A stretch of DNA of 64,000 bases from Mytilus californianus (GCF_021869535.1 NW_026262745.1:40982001-41046000), one strand, 5' to 3'. Shown: positions 1 to 12,751, numbered from the stretch's first letter. The notes: generated by a model from the letters alone, not told the origin. Translations and numbers: made by a program.

Positions 1-74
1 GCAATTAACATTGATTTCTACATTACTGGTGATTAATGATTCGGATCTGATTTGAGTTTTGAACAATGGGCTAC

Positions 75-90
75 ATATATATATATATAT
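75..90. repeat. (AT)n microsatellite
   Basis: Seen directly; others at about 46075-46102 and 50768-50790. Confidence 0.9.
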
Positions 91-1367
91 GTGACACTTT
101 ATGTTTCGTTTGGTGCTGTAGATGAAGTCATTTGTAATGTAATGACCAATTTGAAAACGACGCTATGTAATAACGGTATTTATTTGAATTTCAAGGTCTT
201 GTATTGATTCTAATCTGTTAGGTCTTATTTGAAGTAGAATGCTTTCGGCTGAGTATAATCAAATCATCAACACAAACAATTCCATGCTTTTTCACCATTT
301 TTTTAAAAGTGTAAAAACTCGTAAGTCGAAAAAAAACTGGCATCTATCGCAAAAAACGAAAAACTACAAAAAAAAACCAAAACCAAACAACAGACTAAAT
401 AACACTATATATAAACTAATTAAGAGGCAACAGTACCCATTTAACGTAGTTCAAAGCTAATTAATCATAAGACTGAGTAACTTGAAACCCACATATGAAA
501 TACATAAGATGAATTATACATGCACTTACTTTCGTATTTGATATTTATCTATAGGCGTTATTTTCTTAACAATGCCAAAAAAAAAAAAAAAGAAAAAAAA
601 GGAGTTTTCTAAATGTCAAATACGATTTGATATTGAAGGGTTGTTCATTGTTTGAATATTGGAATAATAAGTATTTTTTATTCAAAGTTTTATACTTTTC
701 AAAAAATCTTCATTTTTACATTCAATTGAAGAGCTGTAAAGAGAATTTATAACTTTTATTACGGAGATCATATCGGCAAATACCATGCGTTATAGAGTAC
801 TATTTCTAGTGCAATAATATTTTTAAAAAAAGTTACTTAAAGGGACATTTTGCTATGATTCTTTTTATTTCAAGAATTGATTGAAGCGGAATTTTAAAAT
901 TATATTTCGTTATAAACAGTTAGTTTGGCCAACGTTTGTCTAAATAAGCTCAAAAACATCGCTGATGTATTATTGACTTGCAAGTCAATAATTAAACTTC
1001 ATTGAATCATTATTCATGTGACCTTCAATGTAACCCTTTAGTTAGATAAGGGTTACGTATGTACTATGCGTGTTCAGCTATTAAAAGGAAACGAATGTCA
1101 ACATTGAGTGAACCATGTAGTTGACTGATTTGATCTATGCATAACAAATCATTCTTATACAGGTAAAAAAGATTAAAAAAAACAACATATTTTTGTAAGC
1201 TATTATATGAAATCGAACAGACCTAAAAAAATTCAATTGCACGTGCTCGCCATCTTTTTATGTTTATGTGTATGTTAAAATCGGGTTATTTGACCGTGTC
1301 GGCAGCCTTCAGAGGTAATTTGATGGTTAATTAGATGGCGTCTAGGCTAAAATACACACGAATTACT

Positions 1368-1540
1368 GCCATTTTCGCTGAACTAGCATGCATTATTGTT
1401 TAGGGGCCAGCTGTGAAGACCGCCGATTGCGGAATTTTCTCGCTGTGTTGAAGAACCATTGGTGACCTTAGGCTGTTTTCTGCTCCTTTGTCGGGATGCT
1501 GTATCGTAGACACATTCCCCGTTTCCATTCACAATTTTAT
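1368..1540 (+). mobile_element. Family 4 3' segment
   Basis: Aligns with 40828-40994. Confidence 0.7.
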
Positions 1541-2020
1541 GATACATATTATCGAGTCCATGCATTGTTAATTATTTTTTTTTTTAGACTTTTTGTAATT
1601 CTGATATACGTTTTAGTATGTTATAAATCAAATATGAGAATGCGAATCAAATCGGTGAATATGAATTTGACACCTAATGCCCTGTAACAAAAGCATTGAA
1701 ATGGTTATAATATTTCAAAAACATAATATTAGAGCAAACATTAGAAAATTAAGTTATTGATGTTATGATATGTTTTTACACAACGTTAAACAGCTGATTG
1801 GAGACAAGTACTACTATATCATACTTTTTTTAAACATGTTTATCATATTTATGCAGTCCTCTCCGGACTGCGAGTATACAACAGCATACACGTAATATGA
1901 GTATGCAGTATTTCGAAATTCACAATAATTAATTTATTGCGAGTCATGTGAAAAATCATTTTTGGTTATAAACATTTCATTTTTTAATGAGTTTTGGATT
2001 TTCAAATAATTCGGCCTCGA

Positions 2021-2063
2021 GCAACACTGAAGAGACATTATTGTCGAAATGCACATTTGGTGC
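2021..2063 (+). ncRNA. Minimal type I hammerhead ribozyme motif, family B
   Basis: gcaaca CTGAAGA gaca-ttat-tgtc GAAAT gcac ATT tggtgc: core, stem II, helix III and stem I all readable. It lies in a repeat fragment at about 1990-2092. Confidence 0.8.
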
Positions 2064-2339
2064 AGAAAAAATGGTACCGGTAATGTTATTGTATCAGGCA
2101 AATTCAGAACCTACACAATGGGTCCACCTAGATCATTGTAGATGGAGGACAAGAAATTGTGACGGTCACTAGAAAAATAAGAGGGTATCTTTGATATCAG
2201 CAGATACTTTGACTATTTGCAGGCCCTTATAAACCCTGAAAAAGTTTGCAATGTTGTTCAAAGTGTAGTTAATGAGGTTTGCTCGAGGCATGAGGTATAG
2301 GCTCTTACGTGTGTTGTGTCGACCGGCATAAATGAAAAT

Positions 2340-2610
2340 GCTAGTTTTTTCATTCTTCCTAAGAAGCTCCTGTATAAATTTATCTTCGTATAAATAAATG
2401 AACAAGTCGACAGGAGAAGTACAATTGGTTCCCATGGGAATGCCGATTGTTTGTTGAAAAACACGTCATTCAAACCTCACACAAATGTCGTCAATCACGG
2501 AATCAAGCATCTTGATAATGCCAGATTCAGAGAAGTTTTCTGTACTTGTATCTACGTTGGTCATTTTGTTTTATGATACAACGTAGATACAAGTATCTTG
2601 TCTTAAGGAG
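2340..2610 (-). pseudogene. Penelope-like RT fragment with a terminal inversion
   Basis: GIPMGTNCTSPVDLFIYLYEDKFIQELLRK on minus, homologous to 8570-8770; 17-bp inverted repeat at 2543-2559 / 2579-2595. Confidence 0.75.
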
Positions 2611-2670
2611 TGAAAAATCACTCTGATTCAAACAGGAAACTTCCACATGAGCTAATAAAACTTAACAAAT

Positions 2671-3098
2671 AAGTATAGCCAAACCTGGACAAGGAATCAA
2701 AGCTATGCATGAGTGAATTATATTTCTTAATTCAAAATAATTTCCAAAATTCAATACTAGCAGGGGCCTCGGTGGCTGAGTGGTCTAAGTAGTTACTACT
2801 GTAATCACTAGCCAGTCAACACTGAGGTTGTGAGTTCGAACCCCGCTGGTGCGGGTGCACTCGACTCCAATCTTAATTGACTAGGATTGTCAGTTTTCCT
2901 ATCGAAGGTCGGTGGTTTTCTTCGGGCACTCCGGCTTCTTCCACCAATAAAAACTGGCCGCCACGAAATAGCCCAAAAGCGGTGCTTAAAAGTGGCGTTA
3001 AAACACCAAAAATCAAATTAAAATCATCAATACTAGCAACTTTCAATAAAGCAATATCCGTATTTTTATGCCAGTACAACATTGATACCCTCAGGGAC
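2671..3098 (-). repeat. Family B repeat body (no HHR part), split by the SINE
   Basis: Its reverse complement matches 11033-11066 and about 11230-11400; it continues on both sides of the SINE TSD. Confidence 0.65.
2763..3026 (+). mobile_element. tRNA-derived SINE with 12-bp TSD
   Basis: A box GGTGGCTGAGTGG, B box GAGTTCGAACC, central GGTTTTCTTCGGGCACTCCGGCTTCTTCCACC (V/Meta-type conserved domain, family uncertain), A-rich tail. TSD TCAATACTAGCA at 2751-2762 and 3027-3038. Confidence 0.92.
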
Positions 3099-4799
3099 TT
3101 ACATGTGTTTAGAACTAACAACAAATAAATGTCAATTATCTTTATAAAGCTTACGGGTAAATGCATCTTCAAATAATACTTTACATCAAAGGTTACAATA
3201 AAATTAAATTTCTACGGTTTTTTTCTTGTCTGGTTTAATAACATCGTTTTACAGTTTCATTAATTCACCGAGAATTAAGTAAATTTTAACTTACTTTCTA
3301 TGGGAGGTAAATAACTAATGACAAATCTTTTAGCTTTAATTCCAAATTTAAGAGCATTTAAACTAAGTAAAACTACATTTAATGACAGAACATTAGTATC
3401 TGAAAGAATCGAATCAATACGTAACAAAGCTCAGTATTGTGAGTATTAAAAAAACAGTGCTGTTTATTCAGTGGTATTTGTAAATTTTTGTCATATATCA
3501 AACGTTGTCTCGACAACATCGAAAAAAAACTTGAAATGTCTAATATGTCGTCAGAATACAAACAAAACGAAGCTCAAATCTCAAAGCTGGTCGTAAAAAA
3601 AGACTTAATTCCTTGGTCAGTGGCGTGCTTAAAGAATATACTGCATCTTGCCATAGGATTTGATTTTGTCATTAAATCTTTTAAAAGATTGTAGAAATTT
3701 TTGTCAAATACGTCCCTAGATTCTGATTTGAACATACATCGTGTTTATAAGGATTTACAGAATAAGTACTTTTGACATTTTGTTGGATTTTTATAGTTTA
3801 ATCGAAGTGTTGCCATAATCTTTCAGTACATGTTTTGCTTACGTTATCTGAAATTAACTGAATTAACCTATAAAAAAAAACACACATCATGTTAACGGGT
3901 ACAATATATCAAATGTGGAAGAATGCGTTATTTTCAGAATATATTTTGTTAATATGTATGACTTGGGAACGTCTCTTTCCATCGGAATTATCAACGTCAA
4001 GCATGCTGATAAGTAATGTGAACTCTTCTAAGATACACTCTTTTCTTTCAAAACACTTGTAAGGCAGTGACGAAAATTGGTATCGTTTATGTTGTTGGAA
4101 TTTTTGGTCGTTTTTCTTATTTATTATTCTATTTTATAAGTTGAGTCCCATTACATTGCATAATCTAATTGGTGTCATAAACCCCATTACGTTTAATCAT
4201 ATTTTTTTTTAAATAATGGCGTACCAATGATGCAACTTAATTTCTGAGTAAGGTCCTTAATACGAATTTGGCATTCAATTACAGATCTTTAGTAAAATGT
4301 TTTACTACAAAAACATACAATTGACATACCTATAATCTCAATACATTTTGGTGACCTGTTACCTTCTTTAGAATGATTCTACGCAATGGTTTGAATGATG
4401 GTTGACTATTTGAAGCACGAAAAGTATTTATTAATCTGCCTCCTTAAATAGAAATGCTTGATGTTAACTTACCATGAGACATTTTTAAACACATCCATCT
4501 GATTGTTCATAGTCTGAATTGTTCTGTGATTTTCCTAGGTTTAATACAAATACATGAACATGAATGTTCGGTTTGTCCTGATTCAGTTACCTAATTTGAA
4601 GGCATTTTGTTGATATTTTAAAATATTATGAACGTAAATACAATATTCAAATAATAGACAATAAAAACTGATTCCGTTAGAAAAAATGTTCCATAATCAT
4701 ACAAATAACCAGAATAGTTTCTGAAAATAACATATTCTTCCACAGTTGTTATATGTATCCATGTTATCATTTATACACTGATTAACAGTTCAATATATA

Positions 4800-5069
4800 C
4801 AGGAATCTGATGTTCAGTAGTTGTCGTTTGTTGATGTGGTTCATAAGTGTTTCTCGTTTCTCGTTTTTATATAGATTAGACCTTTGGTTTTTCCGTTTGA
4901 ATGGTTTTACACTAGTAATTTTTGGGGCCCTTTATAGCTTGCTGTTCGGTGTGAGCCAAGACTCCGTGTTGAAGACCGTACTTTGACCTGTAATGGTTTA
5001 CTTTGATAAATTTTGACTTAGATGGAGAGTTGTCTCATTGGCACTCATACCACATCTTCTTATATCTAT
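4800..5069 (+). mobile_element. SINE-like dispersed repeat (family 1b)
   Basis: High similarity to 22528-22789; ends ctcattggcactcataccacatcttcttatatcta. Confidence 0.8.
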
Positions 5070-5504
5070 AAACAGTCTGGTTATAATGATGTAAAACATA
5101 AATGAATGCTCCTCAATATAAAACACGTTTTCAACAATGTGTGCTTATTTTAGTGGACTTGTAAAATCGGGAATACAACAACCTTATGTTGAATCTAAAC
5201 ATCCGATTCAGGAATATTTAAGCTTCGGTTGTAAAATATTCAAACCATCAGCTAAGAATATCAGATAATCATTTTAAGTACCTTTTTTATAAATTTGGCG
5301 TACAGATTTAAACAATCTTACATATCGTGACTTACATCTAGAAAGTGTTGATAAGGGTTGGTTAAAAAAAAAACTTACGTCAAAAGAGATGATTTTAGTT
5401 TCCCAATTGTGAACTTTGGGTTTCTATGAAACAACATGGCAGATGCGCCTGCATATGTAATAAAGGTCTCCCAGTTGACTCGATATTCCAGACTTGTATT
5501 TCCT

Positions 5505-5681
5505 GCGTTTCCTATATTTGGCAAACTTTTAGGAATTTTTGGTCCTCAATGCTCTTCAACTTCGTAATTTATTTGGCCTTTTTAACTTTTTTTTAAACGA
5601 GCATCACTGATGAGTCTTTTGTAGACGAAACGCGTGTCTGGCGCAAATACAAAATTTTAATCCTGGTATCTATGATGAGTT
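5505..5681 (+). mobile_element. Family A retrozyme-like insertion with 8-bp TSD inside a Penelope-like RT remnant
   Basis: TSD TATTTCCT at 5497-5504 and 5682-5689. Removing the insert and one TSD copy restores gtatttcctatcatg, as in the uninterrupted copy near 9074. Confidence 0.85.
5601..5644 (+). ncRNA. Minimal type I hammerhead ribozyme motif, family A (near intact)
   Basis: gcatca CTGATGA gtct-tttgt-agac GAAAC gcgt GTC tggcgc; predicted cleavage after C5638. Confidence 0.88.
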
Positions 5682-6829
5682 TATTTCCTATCATGATTTC
5701 CTCGACAGAGTGTCGCTGCTTATAAGAAAGTTATTAAACCATGAGTTCCAATTGGTGAAGTTGAAGTAACCGCTTCGAAAATATAACAGACACCATCACG
5801 AGTTGGTTGAACTTTATGGAATTTCTGTTTGGAAGATGACGATGAATATGGTCCTATGTTCGTCTTTTATTGCTCGAATGTCACATCGCCGAGTTAATCT
5901 TCATGAGCAACACATCTCTTTGATCTTTGCCAAGTCTCAAGCTAATACAAACACACAGTTCAAGCATTTTTTGCTACCGTATAATGTTCCTGATCGTGAA
6001 ATTTGAAAACAAGTTTGGATAGAATGAAAGGTGAGACACGTAGACGTTGTTGACCTTTTTGACGCTTCTGGTTTCACTCAGTAAATCCATTTCGGCTAAG
6101 TGCGATTTTTAAGCAAAATATTGTCCTATAAAATAGTCACGTGCATGATTGTCATGAAAGTTGTCTTATTGAAGGGAAGTTATATTTTGTACAAAAATAG
6201 CATTCAATTAAAATTCCGGTCCTAAGCTATTGCGAATGTCCGTATCATATTGCAAGGCTCAAATTTTTTGAACAAATGTTAATAATAACAAAGGAGAACA
6301 GCACCTTATATATGCTTCTGTAACTTATATTATAATTTACCAAACTGTTTTTTACATGAAGGCATGAATTTGAAACTGATTTAGGTTCAATACCTTTATG
6401 TTTGTAGCGGGATAAATATTTTTATTAAACCGTTTTATTCCACTTTTCTTTTTTATTTGTTCTGAATATTTTTTACACTGATTTATATTAAGTGATTTTT
6501 ACGCTTCAAGCAAATACAATTAATTGAAAAAGACTTTTAACAACGTCGTTTAATTATTTTCATTACGTTTGAGGTGATCATTTGATACGTTTTGTATTAA
6601 AGATAACGTGTCTTAGTATTACAAAACTAATGCACCGTCAGGATTCCACAATTGAATTTTTCAATTTTGTAATTTTCAAATGCTTTCAGGGTTTTCTGAT
6701 GGTAAAGGTGGATGAACTCTTGGCACAGATTCTAAGCGAAATATTATGTCATATTTTACGTTTTTTATTGGTAGATATGTAGTATTTCATTGCATGAAAG
6801 ATACGATGTAAAAACCCATCACATATATA

Positions 6830-6955
6830 GCAGGTTCATAATTTGTTACGCCAAACGCGTGTTGTCTTCATAAAACTCATCAGTGACGCTCAAATAAAAC
6901 CGTTAACAGAATTAATCAAATAAATTGAAGAACAATGAAAACCCAAATATTCCAA
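6830..6955 (-). repeat. Degenerate family A hammerhead repeat
   Basis: acgccaaacgcgtgttgtcttcataaaactcatcagtgacgctc at 6848-6891; CTGATGA kept, GAAA lost. Confidence 0.7.
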
Positions 6956-7659
6956 ATGCCATCGTTTCGAATAATAAAAAATTGTATAAAGAGAAAATTT
7001 ACTTAAAACGACCGTATCATTAATATACACTGCCAAAACAGAAGTGTGTAAATTATCGCCATCTATGTTGGTATGTAAGGAAGACCAAGTGTTCTTTATA
7101 CCTGGTTGATTTTTACACAATACCTTTTTTTTACCATACATGTCCATATATGCATGGTAAAATAAGTTTTTTTGTAAATATTGTTATCAATAAAATTCAT
7201 GTAAATCTGATGAACTTTTCCACAAAAAAAAAACGTCGTCGGTAGTAACAACTTATCAGTAGAACTTTTTAAATAGATTATAAAAAAATGAGATTCATTT
7301 TTGTGGAGTCTTTAAACAAAAAACGACCAAAAGAAAAACAACAGTACTACAAAACACAACAAAGAAAATTACAGACTGAGCTGTACGAACGCCACCAATT
7401 GGCAAAAAATCTATAGAGACGAGTAAATAATTTCAAATCAATTTAATGTATTGGTAATGATTTTAACCTCTATAATGAAATGTTAACTTGAATATCAATT
7501 ATATAATTAAGAAACCAGAGTCTAGATTACTTTCATTAGGTCAAGGGGATACATAAAGAACAATAATGTACTATCTTTCTTAAATGACATTAGAACAAGG
7601 AGAACAAAATTGATATCTTCAAACTAATTGCTTGAAACACATTGTCGGATAGAAAAAAC

Positions 7660-7960
7660 CTGCTGAAAACCTTAGTGATACGAATAATTCAAAATTTTGT
7701 AAACAGAAACATTACAGAAATCTACCGAATCATAGATAATTCATTTCAAGACAAAAGTACTGACAACTGGGATGGTGGTATCCTTGGAGACAAAACGTCC
7801 ATCAAAAGTGGCAATGAACCCAGTGGTTGTAAAAGCTCATCAAATATAAGAGGATTGCTTTCTTCTACATTTGACTTGACAATGGCGCTCACATCAAATC
7901 AGCTGGAAGTCCAAATCAAATTAAAAATTGAAAACCATTGAAAACCACAAATTCCAAAAA
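7660..7960 (-). repeat. Highly degenerate family A monomer
   Basis: aaaccttagt...aattcaaaattttgtaaacag...cccagtggttgtaaaagctcatc matches the body of the copies at 53722 and 55403. Confidence 0.55.
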
Positions 7961-8073
7961 GTTGTACAAAATCTGACTGAGACCACCTTTGCCCGGATTA
8001 AGAAATCTTACTGTAAGGACATATACGATATGAGTTCATGAGTTACATTTGATAAGAAATGTGTCATTGCACA

Positions 8074-9554
8074 ACACTGCTTGATAAATGAATTAGGTAT
8101 TGACAATTCACTTGGAAACTCAACATATACCCCTACGACACTTGCCAAAGAGGAAATCCTTGATAATCATAGGTCTGTTCTTTGTTCCTTTGGAATGTCA
8201 ACCAAAGATGAAGAACTGGATCTTCCATCACTGTATTGGATACCTAAACTACATATATTGCTGGGTCTTCCAAGTGCTACACGAAACCTTTTTCTAAATT
8301 ATTAACATCAATTTTATCAGCAATCAAAACCGGGCTTCAAAGTTATTGTGAGCGTACAATCTAAGACTCTTTCATCTTGCAATAGTATTAAAACATTTGA
8401 CTTTTCTACACTTTACACAAGTATTCCCCATTCCAAACTAAAAGACAAATTGAATGAGTTGGTCCTACTTTGTTCCATAAAAAAGAAAGGCCAACGTAGA
8501 TACAAGTATCTTGTTTTAGGGAGAGATAACATCGTACTTTGTAAAAAATAACTCTTATTCAAACAAAAAATTCTCTGAAACTGACATTATCAAGATGCTT
8601 GATTTCTTGATTGACAACATATTTGTTACGTTTGGTGGACGTCTTTTTCAACAATCAATCGGCATTCCCATTGGCACCAACTGTGATCCTTTTCTTGCCG
8701 ACTTGTTCCTTTATTCATATGAGGCTGACTTCATACAGAAACTTCTTAGGAAGAAAGAAAAGAAGTAAACAGTATCCTTTAACTTTCCGCTATATAGATT
8801 TCCCATTAAATTAATGAAAATTTGATGACTATGTTGAACGCATCTATCCCATAGAACTTGAGATAAAGGATACAACAGATACAGTTAAGCATGCCTCATA
8901 TTTTGACTTACATCTAGAAATTGACAATGAGGGTCGGTTGAAAACAAACTTTTACGACAAATAAAATGATTTCAGCTTCCCAATTGTGAACTTTCCATTT
9001 CTTGTAGCAACATTCCAACAGCGCATGCATACGGAGTATATATCTCCCAGTTGATACGATATATCAGGGCTCGTATTTCCTATCATGATTTACTGATAGA
9101 GGGTTGCTGCTCACAAGGAAGCTATTAAACCAAGTGTTCCAAGTGGTGAAGTTTCAATCATTCCTTCATAAATTTTACGGACGCCATCACGAGTTGGTTG
9201 ACCGTTATAGAATTCCCGTTTCACAGATAATAGCGGATATGTTCCAAATCCGAAACAAAAATCCCGTCCCCTTTTCCCCGAATGTGACTTACCGAATTAG
9301 ACTTATTAACGGATTTGTACTAACATGAACAACACGACGGGTGTCACATGTGGAGCAGGATCTGCTTATCCTTTCCACCTGATATCACCCCCTGTTTTTG
9401 GTGGGGTTCGTTTTGCTGAGTCCTTAGTTTTCTATGTTGTGTTTTGTGTACTGTTGTTTGTCTGTCGGTCTTTTTCATTTTAGTCATGGCGTTGTCAGTT
9501 TTTTTTTCGACTTATGAGTTTGAATGTCCCTATGGTATATTTCGCCTCTCTTTT
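8074..9554 (+). pseudogene. Decayed Penelope-like retroelement, RT region plus 3' UTR
   Basis: Frameshifted LPSLYWIPKLH, KTFDFSTLYTSIPH, GIPIGTNCDPFLADLFLYSYE, FRYID, FYGRHHELVDRY. The 3' UTR at about 9320-9554 matches the many dispersed short copies. No endonuclease domain seen; the superfamily call rests on motif recall. Confidence 0.75.
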
Positions 9555-9989
9555 ACAGAAAGTTGCAAAAGCTCGTCAAAACGTAAATAAATTCAGATTT
9601 TGTTTCTTTCTTAACTGACTGAAAAAAGCTAACCATTTAACAAGATATAGCTTTTGACCAAATATCATGTGCTTCGGTCTTCATATTCTAAAAAATATGA
9701 CAAGTTGAAATATTAAAATATTCTACTTCTTCCTGTGGAACAAAGATATACATGTTATAGTTTGATCTTACATCGTACTACAATGTACCCGTATAATGAT
9801 CTGAATTTTTTTTACTTAGTTAGGATTTCGTTAAAGCAATACTGAAAAAACAAACAAATTAAGCTTGAGATGAACTAACCTTCACATAACGAGAGTGTAC
9901 TCAAATCATCCAATGTTACAAATACATTCATTTAAAAACCTGCATACTTTGATTTTACAGTGATAATAAAATGCTCCGGAATTTGATAA

Positions 9990-10196
9990 GACTGTCATAC
10001 AAGTGAGAGGTTTAGCGCTATAAAACCAGGTTCAATCCACCATTTTCTACATTTGAAAATGCCTGTACCAAGTCAGGAATATGACAGTTGTTGTACATTC
10101 GTTTTATGTGTTTTGTCATTTGATTTTGCCATGTGATTAGGGACTTTCCGATTGAATTTTCCTCGGAGTTCAGTATTTTTGTGATTTTACTTTTTC
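9990..10196 (+). mobile_element. SINE-like repeat (family 2)
   Basis: aactgtcatacaagtgagagg...gcctgtaccaagtcaggaatatgacagttg...gattttactttt; also at 28717-28856 and about 49905-50248. Confidence 0.8.
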
Positions 10197-11032
10197 CAAG
10201 ATACTATTATATAGCTATATATATTTTGACACCAATACATAGGTTAAAGGTGTTATCAACGAGAGATTAAGGTCGGTAGAGTAACCAATGACCATCAATT
10301 TCCTTCATATTTTAAGAGCTTTAGTTTTAAAAACAAACTGTTTATTGTAATCTCATACTCATTTGAAATACCCACGCGTTAACGTACCACCTGAGAAAAA
10401 AAGAACTCTGTAAACTTAAGACTCAAGTAGAAAAACGACTATTCTAGTGATAGTTTTGTTTTGTCTTTCAGTGGAATGAAAAATATATACGATTTGTACA
10501 TGATTTTGATGTATCATATAGCACAATGACAACAACTTTGAACGTTACCTAAGACGACATAATACATTGAATATTAGAAATAATTAAATCTATTTACAAT
10601 TTCTTTGCGTCACTCCAGTATTCGTAAGACATTTAACACAATCTACAATATTTAATCAGTGATTTAATTCATTATTCTGGTTCAAACAAAGTTCAGCAGA
10701 AAGCTTTCTGCATGCAGTATTATGTATTTGAATTTATAATTTGATTTTCACTTCGCTTCTATGAAATGCATTGTTCTACTTGTGATGCGTTTTACTAGAA
10801 TTTATATTTCCAAATTGAGCAAGCTTTTAGAAGAAATTTTAGAAATACTTTAATATAGCACTTCTAGAATTGAAGTTAAATCATCAATATAAATATGCAT
10901 TTTTCTAGGTGTTTGCGTCTCAACTCATTAGAGCCATGTTTTTTTGGATTTATATCAAGCCCAATAGCCTGAAATTAAACAATGGCATGACAATATGGTA
11001 TTTTATTGAAAGTTGCCATTAACTAATTTGGG

Positions 11033-11532
11033 AAATTATTTAAAATTAAGGAACGTATCTCCCTCATTTATCAATTGGAATTCTTGTTTTTGCTTGGCCT
11101 TACTTTTGGTCCTTTTGGTCTTCATATATTTAAGAGGGTTTCGAGTTTTCGATTATTTTTGCCTTAAATTAGTACTGTTAATGGTATTTCAATCACTAGG
11201 TCAATAATTCTGCAGGTGGATTGTAAGTCCATGAAGATGTCATCAAAGCAACAGCCAGTCATTTGGTACTAGCCGGTAAATAAGGAATTGTTTTGTTTAA
11301 ATTTGCTGTTTTAAAGTTTTGAAATCATTCTGAATAAGGGAATGTATATCCGTCACGCATAGCTCTGATTTTTTTTTCCGAATTTGTGATTATTTTAGGT
11401 CCTTCTTGTTTTTACCAGCTCTTCAACGTTTTATAATGTTTGGGATTTTCAAATAGTTTAGACCCAAGCTTCACTGAAAAGACCTTTATTGTCGAAATGC
11501 GCTTTTGGTGCTGTGTAATTGTAACAGTTAAT
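11033..11532 (+). repeat. Family B hammerhead repeat, partial plus full monomer in tandem
   Basis: Monomer at about 11191-11532 with a degenerate HHR at 11468-11511 (CTGAAAA...GAAATGCGCTTT tggtgc). A partial upstream unit shares aattaaggaacgtatctccctca / aataagggaatgtatatccgtca. Confidence 0.7.
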
Positions 11533-11610
11533 CGTAGTACTGACGAAGAAGTCTTCAATATGGAAATAGCTAATCAAGTGTGGATTTAATCTTTTTCTTT
11601 ATGATTTTAA

Positions 11611-11712
11611 CCCTGCTTCGGAGAGCCGCATCGGCCTATGAAATTTTCTTAGCGAGGTAGAAGGCGGACAAAAAATTTTGCCCCTGCTTCGGAGAGCCGC
11701 ATCGGCCTATGA
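11611..11712. repeat. Perfect 31-bp GC-rich direct repeat with 40-bp spacer
   Basis: ccctgcttcggagagccgcatcggcctatga at 11611-11641 and 11682-11712. Confidence 0.95.
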
Positions 11713-12751
11713 TGCAAAGAAAATGAATACATTTCATAAAATGATATTTGACAATGGTAACATATCCTTTCTCCGTCGTGTGGCGTTTGAATATCTCAAC
11801 CAATACGCTTGGAGAGTGATACATGCATAGCAGGAGACGCTTTACCTGTCCACGCACCTGGTTTTCCTCTTTTTGAGTTCATGCAATTCCCTTTTGATTT
11901 TTTCACCTGGGTACGTATATTTTTTATTAATTTACGAGATTTGAACCGCTGTAAACGATTATTGCTCAGAATGTTATAAAACTATCTCCGTCAAATTTTA
12001 GAGGGCACAATTGAATAATTCTCACAGTTATCAATAATTATGATAAGAGTTAGCAGAAATGTGAAGCCCAAAGTTCGCAATATACTTGACTTGAGTGTCT
12101 TGTTTTTTTTCATTCTAAAATATCACTTCGAAAATAAGATAAGTAGTCCGCACCTAGCTCTAACAAACATATTAGCTATCAGGAAGTAGGAAGTATATTA
12201 ATTGAATTTTCAGGGATAATTTTATATTTGATTTAATTTCTGTATAAAGCAACAAACAAAGGATTACTGATTTGGAATTGAATTGTCTGTTTTAAATTAT
12301 AAGCCGAGAAACATATCACTAACAACATTATGAATAATTTTATTAGACGGCATTTGATCCAACATATAAACAGATGTAGCGTTAAGAAATTCTTAAATAA
12401 ATCGCGTATACTAAAAACTTATTTTATCTTTTAAGTTACAAATCATTTTCCTTATGCATATTGAACTTTATTTCTGTTTAAACGCCATATGCCACAATAA
12501 ACACATATTGTTATTACAATGCAAAATGTTTCTACTTTACAAAGCATTATTATAATAGTATATTTTTCTAAATGTCAAATATTTTTGCGATTTACAATAC
12601 ATTTATATATACTATCCATCAATGAAAATTTCATTTTCGCAAGAGCACGACATTGATTCTGAATTTTTTAGAGACAAAACCCATTTTTCATAATTCTTGC
12701 AATTAAGTTCAATCTTTACAGTTTTTGTATAAGGATTCATAAACAATCATT

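Larger units (their letters stand above)
5328..5842 (+). pseudogene. Penelope-like RT C-terminal remnant
   Basis: Homologous to 8905-9230 (tgacttacatctagaa, cccaattgtgaacttt, caccatcacgagttggttga); interrupted at 5505-5681. Confidence 0.75.

Noticed and set aside
837-860. TTAA-AGGGACA as a Kolobok-like left end
   Set aside because: No matching right TIR found nearby.
2763-2850. tRNA gene
   Set aside because: A and B boxes are present but there is no acceptor stem or cloverleaf; it is a SINE head with body, tail and TSD.
3318-3720. Protein-like frames (MTNLLALIP... and SYIKRCLDNIEKK...) with a GTGAGT donor near 3439
   Set aside because: They need a frameshift or an implausibly short intron to join, I found no partner exons and I recognise no family. 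A decayed gene is possible; TBLASTN would decide.
11611-11712. CRISPR-like repeat-spacer-repeat
   Set aside because: Only two repeats, no cas genes and a eukaryotic context; kept only as an unexplained direct repeat.
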